DNA of 64,000 nt from Trichormus sp. ATA11-4-KO1 (lineage in GTDB: Bacteria; Cyanobacteriota; Cyanobacteriia; Cyanobacteriales; Nostocaceae): the NCBI GenBank assembly GCA_019358915.1, contig JAHHIM010000036.1, positions 256,001 through 320,000 on the forward strand, given 5' to 3'. The notes beneath the pieces were generated by a model that saw nothing but the letters and a program-made list of their open reading frames with translations, was not told where the DNA came from and did not search any database. Shown piece after piece: positions 47,930 through 59,196 of this stretch. The position numbers were made by a program, and so were the translations under genes. The first letter of the stretch is position 1, and each line of letters opens with the position of its first letter.

Positions 47930-48030
47930 GGGTAATTCTCCTCTAATAGCGATGAGATAGATATAAATCTAGTATCACTGAACACTTGCAGTTGATGTGG
48001 AATTGCTCATACGAAGTTTTGAATTAAAAC

Positions 48031-48046
48031 ATAGATAAAAATCTAT
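48031..48046. promoter_or_regulatory. LysR (CmpR/NdhR-type) binding site ATAG-N8-CTAT
   Basis: ATAGATAAAAATCTAT about 100 bp upstream of the LysR gene; near-copy ATAGATATAAATCTAG at 47957-47972. Confidence 0.6.
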
Positions 48047-48159
48047 TATCCCTATTAGAAACAAATGGTTTTACTTATGATAATGAGAAGTTATCATTAA
48101 AACAACAAGCCAAGCATAAAATGCCTTTCAGTTAACAATTAGTATTAAAGACTGAAAGT

Positions 48160-48948
48160 TTATTCTTCCTCCTCCCATATTTCTTCTGTAATTTTTAGAG
48201 GGATATTAGCTAAATCTGGCAATTGTAGTACCTCTATTTCGGCAACCTGTTCTTTGATATTTACAGGCAAATTTAAAGGTTGGCGTTGTTCAATCCAGCA
48301 ACTTGCTAAAGGCAAGGTTTGCTCCATTTCATCTAGTGGTCGAGGAATCACCATGACGGCGTTCAATTCCCCAATACGTTCTGCCTCAAACATACCAGCT
48401 TCCACCGCCACGGCAACGTTAGCCACGGTGCCGCGAATAATAGCTGTACATAAACCTGCACCAATTTTCTCATATGCTGCTAAATGAACATCAGCAGCTT
48501 TGAGCATGGCATCACAAGCTCCTACCATCGCCGGAAATCCCCTGGTTTCCACCAAGCCAATGGCTAAGTTGCTCAGGCGGCTAGAATTACCTTCCTCCAT
48601 CAATTTGCTGAGGCGGCTGGTGATAGGCAGCACTATGTCAAGATTAGGATAAGGACGGGGTATCACCAAGCTAGAAACCAACTGACCAAACTGTTCAGCC
48701 GTTTGGGCACCAGCTTCTACAGCCAGACGCACATCAGCAATCCCACCTCTAATAATTGCCGTACATTGACCACTGCCAATTTTTTCGTAACCAACTAGGT
48801 GAACACCAGCTGATTTCAACATCATATCTGCTGTCCCCACGATCGCGGGAAAGCTGCTGGTGGATACTAAACCCAAGGCGGTATCCTTGAGGCTGTCTCG
48901 CCGGGATGCCTGAATTGTGCTAATAGAGCGTTGATTATATGTTTCCAT
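48160..48948 (-). CDS. ccmO: Carboxysome shell protein CcmO (tandem BMC)
   Basis: Two BMC domains (ADMMLKSA, CDAMLKAA; VIPRP twice); GGAG RBS before ATG 48948. Confidence 0.93.
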   Translation of the reverse strand: METYNQRSISTIQASRRDSLKDTALGLVSTSSFPAIVGTADMMLKSAGVHLVGYEKIGSGQCTAIIRGGIADVRLAVEAGAQTAEQFGQLVSSLVIPRPYPNLDIVLPITSRLSKLMEEGNSSRLSNLAIGLVETRGFPAMVGACDAMLKAADVHLAAYEKIGAGLCTAIIRGTVANVAVAVEAGMFEAERIGELNAVMVIPRPLDEMEQTLPLASCWIEQRQPLNLPVNIKEQVAEIEVLQLPDLANIPLKITEEIWEEEE

Positions 48949-48994
48949 GTGAATTCTCCAGGATCTCACGAAACTAACAACTTACAATTAACAC

Positions 48995-49735
48995 TTACTC
49001 AGACTGATCGTCAGAAATAGGTTCGCCCAAGGGTTGCCGATGTGGAAACAAAGTGACTAACAACCTATTGACACTTCCTTGCCCATAGATTTGATTTCCG
49101 AAACCGTGGGGAGATTCAGTGGTAGGCTGACTAGGTTCTGATTCTTGGGGGGTGGAACTAACAGAATTGGTGTTTTCTTCTACTGGTGCAGGCTGGGTTT
49201 GTGATGTAGGTGGAGGGTGAGAAGAGGATTTAGACTGGTGTTTGAATTGCCAGAAAGCTGATGCTGAGATTGTAGTTGAGGACATTACCTTCTCTTCATC
49301 TACCTTTATGTTATTTTCCTCTTCTTTGCTAGTGGCAGCAGCATGATTTATGGATGGTTCCAGTTGTTTTGTTTCCTCAAGGCGCCGACTTGTGTCTCCC
49401 AAAACTGAGCCTGGTGGAATTACCTCTCCAGCAGCAACAGAACAGTTAAAAACTGTCGTTGCTGCACCAACACAAGCATTTGCACCAATTTTGCCGTGGC
49501 CAACCATCAAAAAACCGGCTCCTAAGTTGGCTCCTGCTTCTACCTCTAGGGTGCCTTCGCTAACTTGGAGAATTGACCCCATACCAATACAAACCCCAGG
49601 GCCGATGATGATCTTGCTGTTTACAGCCGCTTGGAGTATCACTCCAGGTGCAAGTACTGCACTAGGATGAATGGTCACCTCGCCACTAATGTAAGAATCA
49701 AAATTATTGCTGAGGCGCAGTGGCGGCACAGACAT
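48995..49735 (-). CDS. ccmN: Carboxysome assembly protein CcmN
   Basis: Hexapeptide repeats, low-complexity linker, C-terminal encapsulation peptide IYGQGSVNRLLVTLFPH; start moved to ATG 49735. Confidence 0.92.
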   Translation of the reverse strand: MSVPPLRLSNNFDSYISGEVTIHPSAVLAPGVILQAAVNSKIIIGPGVCIGMGSILQVSEGTLEVEAGANLGAGFLMVGHGKIGANACVGAATTVFNCSVAAGEVIPPGSVLGDTSRRLEETKQLEPSINHAAATSKEEENNIKVDEEKVMSSTTISASAFWQFKHQSKSSSHPPPTSQTQPAPVEENTNSVSSTPQESEPSQPTTESPHGFGNQIYGQGSVNRLLVTLFPHRQPLGEPISDDQSE

Positions 49736-49770
49736 GGAAATTTTAACCTCGGAAGCCGGAAATAGAGTAA

Positions 49771-49905
49771 TGCTGAGTGCCTTCTTGCCCTGAGCGAAGT
49801 CGAAGGGCAGGGTGGAGCCAGTGCGTTGGGTGGCTTTGCCGACTTGTAGCATCTGGCGTTGCTGAGTAAAAAATACTAGTCCCCAGTCCCCAGTCCCCAC
49901 TCCCT
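49771..49905. repeat. STRR tracts with two inserted small dispersed repeats, between ccmM and ccmN
   Basis: TGCTGAG units flank a 24-bp element (49784-49807) and a 46-bp hairpin element (49814-49859); CCCCAGT tract follows. Confidence 0.75.
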
Positions 49906-49907
49906 GA

Positions 49908-51572
49908 TTAAGGACGTTGGATAATTGTTTCTAACACCCGACGTTTGGCTTTGGTATCAATACCAATTAAGCGCACATATTCTCCTGCATATTCAGCGAG
50001 ATATCCTTCCAATGCGGCGATCGCTTCTCTTTCAGAGTTGGTGTCAATTTGACCACAGCTAGCCCAAGAACCAGTGCGGAAACGTCTTTGGTCTACGTGT
50101 TCGGCACTGATTTTGTACCCACCAGCTAATAGTTGCCGGATTTGGTCTACGGTTTCCGAACTCAAGCTTGTACTGGTAGCTGTTGCAGTTCTAGATGACG
50201 CGCTACTGGTAAAGGATTTCTTCGTTCCAGATGACGTAACTTGACCGTTGGGTCGTTGGATAATACTTTCCAAGACTCGCCGTTTAGCTTTGGCATCGAT
50301 ACCAATTAAACGGACATACTCACCTTGATGATTTGTGATGCAGTCTTCCAAGGCGGCAATTACTTCATTCGGAGAACTAGAGTTAATCGGCTCACAACTT
50401 TGCCAGGAACCAGTGCGGAAACGCCGCTCATCTACGTGTTCTGTACCAATTTTGTAACCACTTGCCAATAACTGGCGAATTTGGTCTACTGTTTCGGCAG
50501 TTAATGAACCACTAGAAACATGACCGTTGCCGTTGCTGTTGCCATTGCCATTACTGCTGTAGCTACGACTACCATTATTAGCAGGAGCTTTAAAGCTGCC
50601 AGATGTATTGACTACACCATCTGGGCGTTGAATAATAGTTTCTAATACGCGCCGTCTACCACTGTCAATGCCAAACAGCCGGACATACTCTCCACTGTGG
50701 TCTCTCAGACAGCTTTCCAAAGCAGCGATCGCTTCACCCATCGATTTAGTTTCAATTGGCTGGCAACTCGTCCATGAACCTGTACGGAACCGTCTTTGAT
50801 CTACGTGTTCTGTGCCAATTTTATATCCTTGCTCTAACAGATAGCGCACCTGCTCTCTGGTCTCTGCACCCAAGCTATTGCTCGACACTTCACTACTCCT
50901 TTCCAACTCTAAAACAGTAATACTATTACTACTTGTATAAGATTTAGCAATCTCATCCCGAATGGGTGCAATACATTTGCTGTCCGCAGCACACCGATAA
51001 CCAGCTCGCAGTGCCTGGTTAATCCCTACCACATGATGAGCAAATTGCTGATCTTGAGCTTGTACATCTGGCAAGCGGTCAGCTTGCTGCTGGCTAGTAA
51101 TTATTGCTCCCGAAGGCACATACTTACCTGGGGGGATTTCTACATCTTGAATTAAAGCGTGCATCATGACGATGCAACCTGCACCCACTCTGGCATTAAA
51201 TACCGTTGAGCGAAAACCAATGAAGGAATCATCCCCTACATAAGCCGGACCGTGAATCAGCGCCATATGGGTAATCGAAGCATTTTTGCCAATCCATACC
51301 GAGTATTGATTTTGGTCATCGCCAATTACTCGACCTTGCTCTAATCCATGAATTACTACACCATCTTGAATATTGGTATTTTCGCCAATATAAAAAGGTG
51401 TGCCTTCATCCGCTCTAATCGAGGTCCCCGGAGCAACGATTACATTTGCACCTATCCGCACATCGCCAATAATATTGGCAACCGGATGTACAAATGTGCT
51501 TTCATGGATTTTTGGCTCGGCTAAATTCCTCGACCACGGGGTTGGGGGTGCCGCCGTGCTGCGGACTACCAT
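49908..51572 (-). CDS. ccmM: Carboxysome scaffold CcmM (gamma-CA domain plus three RbcS-like domains)
   Basis: [30 protein letters not shown]; three [12 protein letters not shown]...GEYVRL.GID repeats. Confidence 0.97.
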   Translation of the reverse strand: MVVRSTAAPPTPWSRNLAEPKIHESTFVHPVANIIGDVRIGANVIVAPGTSIRADEGTPFYIGENTNIQDGVVIHGLEQGRVIGDDQNQYSVWIGKNASITHMALIHGPAYVGDDSFIGFRSTVFNARVGAGCIVMMHALIQDVEIPPGKYVPSGAIITSQQQADRLPDVQAQDQQFAHHVVGINQALRAGYRCAADSKCIAPIRDEIAKSYTSSNSITVLELERSSEVSSNSLGAETREQVRYLLEQGYKIGTEHVDQRRFRTGSWTSCQPIETKSMGEAIAALESCLRDHSGEYVRLFGIDSGRRRVLETIIQRPDGVVNTSGSFKAPANNGSRSYSSNGNGNSNGNGHVSSGSLTAETVDQIRQLLASGYKIGTEHVDERRFRTGSWQSCEPINSSSPNEVIAALEDCITNHQGEYVRLIGIDAKAKRRVLESIIQRPNGQVTSSGTKKSFTSSASSRTATATSTSLSSETVDQIRQLLAGGYKISAEHVDQRRFRTGSWASCGQIDTNSEREAIAALEGYLAEYAGEYVRLIGIDTKAKRRVLETIIQRP

Positions 51573-51665
51573 TGCGAGATTCCTCCTGAATTAAGCTTTT
51601 TGTCATTTATCCTTGATCATTTGCCTGTTGTCATTTTGCTCAAACTAATGACCAATGACTAATGA

Positions 51666-51968
51666 CTATCGATATTGGTCTTTTTTGCTGTACATGAGGC
51701 GATCTTCCAAATGAATGGTGTCAATTATCGCCACTACTGCTGCATCTAAAGGACGCTGTTCATTGCCCAGTATTTGGCGAGCGGCACTACCACGACTGAC
51801 AAGTACCCACTCATCTACTCCTGCACCCACAGTATCTGCTGCTACCTCGTAGTTTTGCAGGAGGTTGCCTTCTTCATCTACTAATTGCAACAACAGTAGT
51901 TTGACACCTCGAAGACTTGGATCTTTTTGCGTGCCCACTACTGTGCCACGAACTTTGGCAATTTGCAT
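51666..51968 (-). CDS. ccmL: Carboxysome vertex pentamer CcmL
   Basis: MQIAKVRGTVV.TQK...VAADTVGAG..EWVL...GSAAR. Confidence 0.96.
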   Translation of the reverse strand: MQIAKVRGTVVGTQKDPSLRGVKLLLLQLVDEEGNLLQNYEVAADTVGAGVDEWVLVSRGSAARQILGNEQRPLDAAVVAIIDTIHLEDRLMYSKKDQYR

Positions 51969-51974
51969 TACAGA

Positions 51975-52319
51975 TTATGGTCTTCTGCCGAAAGGACGAA
52001 TTGCGTTAACGTTTTCCCGGAATTGTTCTACATCTTCGGTATAACGAATTGGCAGGACATATTCCAAGTTCTCATGGGGACGAGCAATAATGTGAGTAGA
52101 CAATACTTGTCCACCATTGACTCGTTTGACTGATTCTACGCCTGCGCCTACTGAAGCTTGTACTTCGGAAACGTCACCCCGAACGATGACTGTCACCCGA
52201 CCACTACCGATTTTTTCATAGCCCACCAAAGTGACACGAGCAGCTTTCACCATCGCATCAGCAGCTTCTACCACTGCTGGAAAGCCTAGCGTTTCTACCA
52301 TTCCCACTGCGATTGACAT
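51975..52319 (-). CDS. ccmK1: Carboxysome shell hexamer CcmK1 (C-terminally extended)
   Basis: BMC domain AADAMVKAA...[16 protein letters not shown] plus a short C-terminal extension. Confidence 0.92.
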   Translation of the reverse strand: MSIAVGMVETLGFPAVVEAADAMVKAARVTLVGYEKIGSGRVTVIVRGDVSEVQASVGAGVESVKRVNGGQVLSTHIIARPHENLEYVLPIRYTEDVEQFRENVNAIRPFGRRP

Positions 52320-52412
52320 TAGTTCTAATCCTGAATAAAGTTTTTAGACTGGGACAAAAGTGGCGCTCAAGACAGCAACCTTGTTAATTACTTTAGTTTG
52401 TTTAATCAGCTT

Positions 52413-52721
52413 TTAAGTGCGGAACTGTTCTACGGCTTCCGTATAACGGATCGGCAAAACATATTCTAGGTTTTCATGGGGACGGGCAATGATGTGAGTA
52501 GATAACACTTCACCACCATTTACTCTTCTCGCTGCTTCAACCCCGGCTGAAACTGAAGCTTGTACCTCAGATACATCTCCCCGAACGATCACGGTTACCC
52601 GAGCGCTACCAATTTTTTCATATCCTACCAAAGTTACACGCGCGGCTTTCACCATCGCATCAGCAGCTTCTACTACTGCCGGAAAGCCCTTAGTCTCAAT
52701 CATTCCAACTGCAATTGGCAT
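52413..52721 (-). CDS. ccmK2: Carboxysome shell hexamer CcmK2
   Basis: 102-aa BMC domain, first gene of the operon, AGGAG RBS. Confidence 0.92.
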   Translation of the reverse strand: MPIAVGMIETKGFPAVVEAADAMVKAARVTLVGYEKIGSARVTVIVRGDVSEVQASVSAGVEAARRVNGGEVLSTHIIARPHENLEYVLPIRYTEAVEQFRT

Positions 52722-53379
52722 CGCAGAACTCCTAAAAAATTAATCCAATCAGTACTGTGTTTTGAAATGTTTGACGGGGAAGCCCATCTTGATCTGTGAA
52801 AACACTTCCAAATTAAGCATAGGAAAGCTTGGCGTTCCTGGCAATATAAATTAGTATAATAGTTTATGATAAAATAGTTTAAAAAAACTTAACAAAAATT
52901 TATACCCTGCTTTGCTCAATCGAAGTTCATCAATTTCTAGAGCAGCCACTTATGCTTTATAATTTCTTTATCACATTTACAAAATGACATTCATAACCGA
53001 GGCTAATCATGTCTGGTAGGGGAGCATTGATAACTGTATATTATGCTGTATCTATACTTTTGGCGATTTTGTGGGTTGAACAACGACTACGTGAAAAATA
53101 CATAATTATTTTAAATATAACGTATAAACTTCTTTGCGGAAAATAGAAATAGAAATTTCTCCACATAGGTGATGTAATAGAAGTAAATGCTTTTAAGTAT
53201 GTAAACTTATATTTAACTCTGCCTTAATAGGGTAAGCTAAATTTAAAATACTAGGCAAAATTGAGTCAAAAAATAGTTATAAAAACATCAGATTTAAGAA
53301 AACTTATTTTTTAAATAAGTGATTGTTTCAAGATTGTTCTAAGCAAAAAAGCAAGGCTGAGTCGTCAAGGAAAATTTAA

Positions 53380-55236
53380 ATGAATCAGTTTCTATTTTCA
53401 ACAAGTTGGTGGGTGCCATTTTATAGCTTAATCGGCGCACTTGTAACCTTACCGTGGGGAATGGGAATAATTCAGCGTACAGGGCCCAGACCAGCCGCCT
53501 ATTTCAACTTGTTGACGACTTGTGTGGGTTTCGCCCATAGCCTGTTGGTATTTAAACATATTTGGGATCAAGAACCAGAAATTTTGGTGATTAATTGGTT
53601 CCAAGCTGCGGATTTTGACATATCGTTTGCCTTGGAACTTTCGCCAGTCAGCATCGGGGCGACAGTCTTAATTACAGGATTAAGTCTATTAGCACAAGTC
53701 TATGCCCTAGGTTACATGGAAAAGGACTGGTCGTTGGCACGTTTCTTTGGGCTGATCGGATTTTTTGAAACAGCGCTGACTGGTTTAGCAATCAGTGATT
53801 CCTTATTTCTTAGCTATGCCCTGTTGGAAGTCCTGACCCTATCTACTTACTTGTTAGTGGGATTCTGGTATGCGCAACCGCTAGTAGTAACGGCGGCGCG
53901 GGATGCCTTCTTAACTAAGCGGGTAGGAGATTTGTTGCTATTAATGGGCGTAGTCACACTTTCGACCTTAGCAGGCAGTTTGAACTTTTCTGATTTATAT
54001 GTGTGGGCCCAAACGGCTAATTTAAATCCCATCACATCAACTTTGCTGGGGTTGGCATTGATTGCCGGCCCATCTGGTAAATGTGCCCAATTTCCCCTAC
54101 ACCTGTGGTTAGATGAAGCGATGGAAGGCCCTAACCCCGCCTCAGTGATGCGGAATTCGCTAGTTGTAGGCGGTGGTGCTTACATACTATATAAACTTCA
54201 GCCAATATTAACCCTATCCCCAGTGGCCTTAGAGACCTTGGTTGTGTTAGGCACATTGACGGCTGTAGGTGCAACTTTAGTCTCCCTAGCACAAATTGAT
54301 ATTAAGCGCGCCCTATCTCATTCCACTAGTGCATACATGGGCTTAGTGTTTTTGGCCGTAGGGTTAGAACAAGGTGGTGTCGCCCTCATGCTGTTGTTAA
54401 CTCATGCGATCGCTAAAGCTCTATTATTCATGAGTTCTGGTTCAGTCATTTACACCACTAGTACCCAAGACTTAACAGAAATGGGTGGTCTATGGTCGCG
54501 GATGCCAGCTACTACCACAGCCTTTATTGTTGGTTCTGCCGGCATGGTAACACTGCTACCCCTGGGAAGCTTCTGGGCAATGTTAGCATGGGCTGACGGC
54601 TTAGTTCATGTTAGCCCTTGGGTGATTGCCGTCTTGGTATTAGTCAATGGCTTGACAGCCTTAAACTTGACGCGGGTGTTTAGATTAATATTTTGGGGTA
54701 AACCGCAACAAAAGACCCGTCGGGCCCCAGAAGTTGGCTGGCAAATGGCCTTACCAATGGTTTCACTTACCGTAGTTACTTTACTATTACCCCTGATGTT
54801 ACAGCAATGGTATTTGCTACCTAATTGGGAAAGTATTGATTTTTACATATTATTACTGCTACTGGCTTCTACTGTAGTAGGTGTAGCCATAGGGTCTACA
54901 TTATATCTGCATAAAGCCTGGTCAAGATCCAGAATCCTCGCCTGGAGATTTATGCAGGACTTGTTGGGATATGATTTTTACATTGACCGCATTTATAAAC
55001 TAACGGTAGTCAATACAGTGGCACTGCTATCGAGAATTTCCGCTTGGAGCGATCGCTATCTAGTTGATGGTCTAGTGAACTTGATTGGGTTTGCGACAAT
55101 CCTCGGTGGACAAAGTTTAAAATACAGCATTTCTGGTCAATCCCAGGCGTACATGTTGACTATTCTCGTAGGAATCAGCGTCCTGGGTTTCTTTATTAGC
55201 TGGTCATTAGGTCTGCTAGATAAATTACCCTTTTAA
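53380..55236 (+). CDS. ndhF4: NDH-1 subunit F4 (low-affinity CO2 uptake)
   Basis: TGPRPAAY, KCAQFPLHLWLDEAMEGPNPAS; clustered with ndhD and a short Cup gene. Confidence 0.92.
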   Translation: MNQFLFSTSWWVPFYSLIGALVTLPWGMGIIQRTGPRPAAYFNLLTTCVGFAHSLLVFKHIWDQEPEILVINWFQAADFDISFALELSPVSIGATVLITGLSLLAQVYALGYMEKDWSLARFFGLIGFFETALTGLAISDSLFLSYALLEVLTLSTYLLVGFWYAQPLVVTAARDAFLTKRVGDLLLLMGVVTLSTLAGSLNFSDLYVWAQTANLNPITSTLLGLALIAGPSGKCAQFPLHLWLDEAMEGPNPASVMRNSLVVGGGAYILYKLQPILTLSPVALETLVVLGTLTAVGATLVSLAQIDIKRALSHSTSAYMGLVFLAVGLEQGGVALMLLLTHAIAKALLFMSSGSVIYTTSTQDLTEMGGLWSRMPATTTAFIVGSAGMVTLLPLGSFWAMLAWADGLVHVSPWVIAVLVLVNGLTALNLTRVFRLIFWGKPQQKTRRAPEVGWQMALPMVSLTVVTLLLPLMLQQWYLLPNWESIDFYILLLLLASTVVGVAIGSTLYLHKAWSRSRILAWRFMQDLLGYDFYIDRIYKLTVVNTVALLSRISAWSDRYLVDGLVNLIGFATILGGQSLKYSISGQSQAYMLTILVGISVLGFFISWSLGLLDKLPF

Positions 55237-55336
55237 AAGTGTTGAGTTAGTCACTGCGCTCCCATTAAAAATTAAAAATGAAGAATATAATTTTTAATTT
55301 TTAATTTTTAATTCCTCCCCTTACCTAGTTCTGCCT

Positions 55337-56839
55337 ATGCTGAGTGCATTAATTTTACTGCCGTTTTTCGGTGCGGCGTTAATCGGTTTCTGGCCTGCTG
55401 GCATCAGTGGAAAACTTTCTCGTAGGATAGCTTTACTCTTCGCCAGTCTTACTTTTTTGTGGACAGTTTTACTCACAATCAAGTTTAATCCAGGAGAAGT
55501 CACTCAACAATTTGCGGAATTTCTCCCCTGGATAGATTCCTTGGGCCTAAATTACAATTTAGGAATAGATGGATTATCTTTACCGTTACTGGTTTTGAAT
55601 GGCATATTAACTTGTATAGCCATCTACAGCAGTGATGAATCCCTGCAACGTCCTAGATTCTATTACTCCTTAATACTATTATTAAGTGCTGGGGTAAGTG
55701 GAGCTTTTCTAGCACAGGACTTACTCTTATTTTTCCTGTTTTATGAGCTAGAACTGATACCTCTGTATTTATTGATTGCCATTTGGGGAGGTGCAAGACG
55801 AGGTTATGCAGCTACAAAATTCCTCATTTATACTGCTGTTTCCGGCATCTTGATTTTAGCCAGTTTCCTCGGGATGGTTTGGCTAAGTGGTTCCTCTAAC
55901 TTTGCACTAGCAACCTTGAATACTACAACTTTACCTTTAGCAACACAACTTTTACTGCTTGGGGGAATTTTAGTAGGTTTTGGCATTAAAATTCCCTTAG
56001 TGCCCTTTCATACCTGGTTGCCAGATGCTCACGTTGAAGCTTCCACACCCATTTCCGTGCTGTTGGCTGGGGTACTGTTGAAGTTGGGAACTTATGGGAC
56101 ACTGCGGTTTGGCATGAACTTGTTGCCAGAAGCTTGGAGTTATTTAGCCCCTTGGTTGGCGACTTGGGCCGTGGTGAGTGTGTTATTTGGCTCATCCTGC
56201 GCGATCGCCCAAACTGATATGAAAAAAATGGTGGCGTATAGTTCCATTGGACATATGGGCTACGTACTGTTGGCGGCGGCGGCGGCGACACCTTTAAGCA
56301 CCTTGGGTGCAGTCATGCAAATGATTAGCCACGGCTTGATTTCTGCACTGCTATTTTTGCTAGTGGGAGTTGTTTATCAAAAAGCTGGTAGTCGCGATTT
56401 AGATGTAATTAAAGGACTGCTAAACCCAGAACGAGGTTTACCCGTAATTGGTAGCTTGATGGTTTTAGGAGTCATGGCCAGCGCTGGTATCCCAGGAATG
56501 GTCGGGTTTATTGCTGAATTCGTCGTTTTTCGGGGCAGTTTTCCAGTTTTTCCCGTACAGACCTTATTATCTATGCTGGGTACAGGCTTAACTGCGGTTT
56601 ACTTCTTAATTTTGATGAATCGCGCCTTTTTTGGCCGGTTGTCGCCACAAGTCATCAACCTACCGCGCGTATTTTGGAGCGATCGCATTCCTGCCATAAT
56701 CTTAGCAGTACTAATTGTCATTTTCGGTATCCAACCCTCTTGGTTAGTGCGCTGGACTGAACCAACAATTACAGCAATGGTTAATACCCAAAATTTAGTG
56801 GACGCAGTGTCTTTAGACAAAGTAAAAAGCCAAACTTAA
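55337..56839 (+). CDS. ndhD4: NDH-1 subunit D4
   Basis: KIPLVPFHTWLPDAHVEA, LLKLGTYG, AYSSIGHMG, LLNPERGLP. Confidence 0.92.
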   Translation: MLSALILLPFFGAALIGFWPAGISGKLSRRIALLFASLTFLWTVLLTIKFNPGEVTQQFAEFLPWIDSLGLNYNLGIDGLSLPLLVLNGILTCIAIYSSDESLQRPRFYYSLILLLSAGVSGAFLAQDLLLFFLFYELELIPLYLLIAIWGGARRGYAATKFLIYTAVSGILILASFLGMVWLSGSSNFALATLNTTTLPLATQLLLLGGILVGFGIKIPLVPFHTWLPDAHVEASTPISVLLAGVLLKLGTYGTLRFGMNLLPEAWSYLAPWLATWAVVSVLFGSSCAIAQTDMKKMVAYSSIGHMGYVLLAAAAATPLSTLGAVMQMISHGLISALLFLLVGVVYQKAGSRDLDVIKGLLNPERGLPVIGSLMVLGVMASAGIPGMVGFIAEFVVFRGSFPVFPVQTLLSMLGTGLTAVYFLILMNRAFFGRLSPQVINLPRVFWSDRIPAIILAVLIVIFGIQPSWLVRWTEPTITAMVNTQNLVDAVSLDKVKSQT

Positions 56840-56929
56840 TGATGGAAATAGGGGTTAGGGAAGGAGATAAAAAACTTAATCTCCCTATCTCCCCATTCCC
56901 TAATCCCTACATTTTTTGGAGATATTTTC

Positions 56930-58060
56930 ATGATAAAAATGAAGAAAAAGCCCACTAATCATCCCTTAGCTGAGTATATTGAAAGACTGCTCAAAGGAGG
57001 CGCATTACTCCCCGACAATCCAGACAATGTACTGGAAGTAGTTGGTATTCTTAAAAGCTATGGTGTAGTTTTAGATGCCTATTCCCAAAATCTTATTTAT
57101 ATTGCGGAACATCAATTTTTAGTATTTTTCCCCTTCTTTAAATATTTTAATGGAGAGATTACTTTCCCAAAATTAATCCGTCACTTGTGGCATGATCGCA
57201 TTAATTTTGAATATGCCGAATATTGTATGAAAGCCATGATGTGGCATGGTGGCGGAGGACTAGATCAATATTTAGATACACCAGAATTCCAAGAAAGAGC
57301 ACAAGCAGTTATTCAAGCAAAATTTAAAAATAATCCCATCGTAATGGGAATGAATCAACTATTTCCCGACTTTTTAACTGAAATGTTGCGTGTCTCTGCC
57401 TATTACACTGGGTTGGGACAATTTTGGCGGGTGATGGCTGATATGTTCCTCGACCTATCAGACCGCTATGATCGAGGAGAAATTAAAACTATTCCTCAAG
57501 TTGTAGACCATATTAAAGCAGCTTTGGTGGCAGATGCTTTAAAGCCTATTACCTACACCGTTAAAATTCACAATAAAGCCTATGATATCATCCCCAAATC
57601 AGTTGGGTTGACATTTTTAGCCGATACAGCAGTGCCTTATGTAGAGGCAGTATTCTTTCGGGGAACCCCTTTTCATGGCACAGTTTCATATAATGCTCAA
57701 GCATATCAAATTCCCCTAGATCAATCTCGATTTCAGTATGGCGCACTATACGCAGATCCTTTACCTATAGGTGGTGCGGGTATTCCTCCTACCTTGCTGA
57801 TGCAAGATATGCGTCATTATCTGCCAGATTATTTACACCAAATTTATCGTCGTAGTCTTCGGGGTGAAGATGATTTGCGAGTCCAAATTTGCATAAGTTT
57901 CCAAAAATCGATGTTTTGTGTGACCACGGCAGCGATTTTAGGACTAATGCCTTATCCTCAAGATACTCAAGATCCATCTGAGCAAACTGCTAATCGAGTC
58001 TATTTACAAAAGTGGATGGATCGATTACAGACTTCACGATTGCCGGATGTGAATAAATAG
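56930..58060 (+). CDS. cupB: CO2 hydration protein CupB (ChpX)
   Basis: HDRINFEYAEYCM, FFRGTPF, ADPLPIGGAGIPPTLL; 376 aa matches the shorter CupB class. Confidence 0.92.
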   Translation: MIKMKKKPTNHPLAEYIERLLKGGALLPDNPDNVLEVVGILKSYGVVLDAYSQNLIYIAEHQFLVFFPFFKYFNGEITFPKLIRHLWHDRINFEYAEYCMKAMMWHGGGGLDQYLDTPEFQERAQAVIQAKFKNNPIVMGMNQLFPDFLTEMLRVSAYYTGLGQFWRVMADMFLDLSDRYDRGEIKTIPQVVDHIKAALVADALKPITYTVKIHNKAYDIIPKSVGLTFLADTAVPYVEAVFFRGTPFHGTVSYNAQAYQIPLDQSRFQYGALYADPLPIGGAGIPPTLLMQDMRHYLPDYLHQIYRRSLRGEDDLRVQICISFQKSMFCVTTAAILGLMPYPQDTQDPSEQTANRVYLQKWMDRLQTSRLPDVNK

Positions 58061-58211
58061 ATGCATTTTAATTTATGAATTTATCTCGCGCAAAGGCGAG
58101 GCAGCGCGGTCTTGGGGGTTTCCCCCATGAGCGACTGCCGTAGCAAAGGCGCAAAGGTACAAAGAAAAATCAGGGTAATTTTGGCATTTCATATTCTGAT
58201 TCAGCAACGCC
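58061..58211. mobile_element. Degenerate MITE with nested repeats
   Basis: Right end TTCATATTCTGATTCAGCAACGCC; internal GCAAAGGC tract interrupted by hairpin element GAGGCAG...CTGCCGT (58098-58141). Confidence 0.62.
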
Positions 58212-58365
58212 AAAATCTGTTATGGGTTATGCGATCGCCTACTCATACTTGCAATTCAAATCCATGTGTGATTCATTTCTCAGCCAGTAAAACAGTTAAT
58301 TTACGGAAATAGTGTGACTTATTGGCTTTAGCGATTTAAAATCTGAGTCAAATCATTGGTATATT

Positions 58366-59196
58366 TTGCTATTCGTGTCCACTTCTGCAAAAACCTTTCC
58401 TGTCTGGGGATTTTTCCTGCTGGGAACTAACGGCATACTAATGTTGGCGGTCATCTTGCTCATTTGGCAACAACAGCAATTGACTTCAGTTTTTAGCGCT
58501 ACACCATCCCTAGATCAAGTTCATCAATCCCCAGCCGTCAAACCAGAGTCAGTCCCACGTCATCAACTCAATTACCAGCAGTGGGTAGACATTCTCAAAC
58601 AAGAAGCCAAAGTAGCAGCTGATCAGCGTCCTCAGCGTTTAAGCATATTGGTAGGAGATTCTCTGACTCTGTGGTTTCCCGTTGAGTTATTACCCGAAGA
58701 TAGAAACTGGCTCAATCAGGCAATTTCTGGCGAAAGCAGCGAAGGACTATTAAAAAGATTAGCCTTATTTGACAGTACCCAGCCTGAGGTAATTTTTGTG
58801 ATGATTGGCATCAATGATCTGATTCGAGGGGTAAGCGATCAGGTCATCTTAGATAATCAGCAGCGAATTATGATTGACCTCCGTAAGGCGCATCCCAAGG
58901 CGCAAATCGTTGTACAGTCAATTTTGCCTCATGGGGGAGAAAATGCCACTTGGGAAGGACGAGAGAAACTGCTGGTGATTGCTAACAGTCGGATTCGTCA
59001 GTTGAATCAACAACTGCAAAGCATCGCTACCAAAGTAGGTGTTAAATATCTTGATTTGTATCCCTTGTTTACTGATCAACAAGGTAACCTGCGCCATGAA
59101 TTCACCACTGATGGCTTACACCTGAGTCCCACAGGCTATGTAGTTTGGCGTACCGCATTACAAATGTATAGCAATATGGAATTAGCATCTCTGTAA
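58366..59196 (+). CDS. SGNH/GDSL lipase-family protein
   Basis: VGDSLT, NQAISG, GIND, DGLH; N-terminal TM helix. Confidence 0.9.
   Translation: MLFVSTSAKTFPVWGFFLLGTNGILMLAVILLIWQQQQLTSVFSATPSLDQVHQSPAVKPESVPRHQLNYQQWVDILKQEAKVAADQRPQRLSILVGDSLTLWFPVELLPEDRNWLNQAISGESSEGLLKRLALFDSTQPEVIFVMIGINDLIRGVSDQVILDNQQRIMIDLRKAHPKAQIVVQSILPHGGENATWEGREKLLVIANSRIRQLNQQLQSIATKVGVKYLDLYPLFTDQQGNLRHEFTTDGLHLSPTGYVVWRTALQMYSNMELASL

Noticed and set aside
47972..47985. NtcA box upstream of cmpR (GTG-N8-TAC on the minus strand)
   Set aside because: Imperfect match with no correctly spaced TAN3T -10 element; too weak to call
49736..49900. 55-aa N-terminal extension of CcmN in the ORF track
   Set aside because: It is translated STRR and small dispersed repeats; the GAGG RBS and protein similarity point to ATG 49735
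58112..58312. 66-aa ORF after cupB
   Set aside because: Starts inside a nested repeat element; likely spurious
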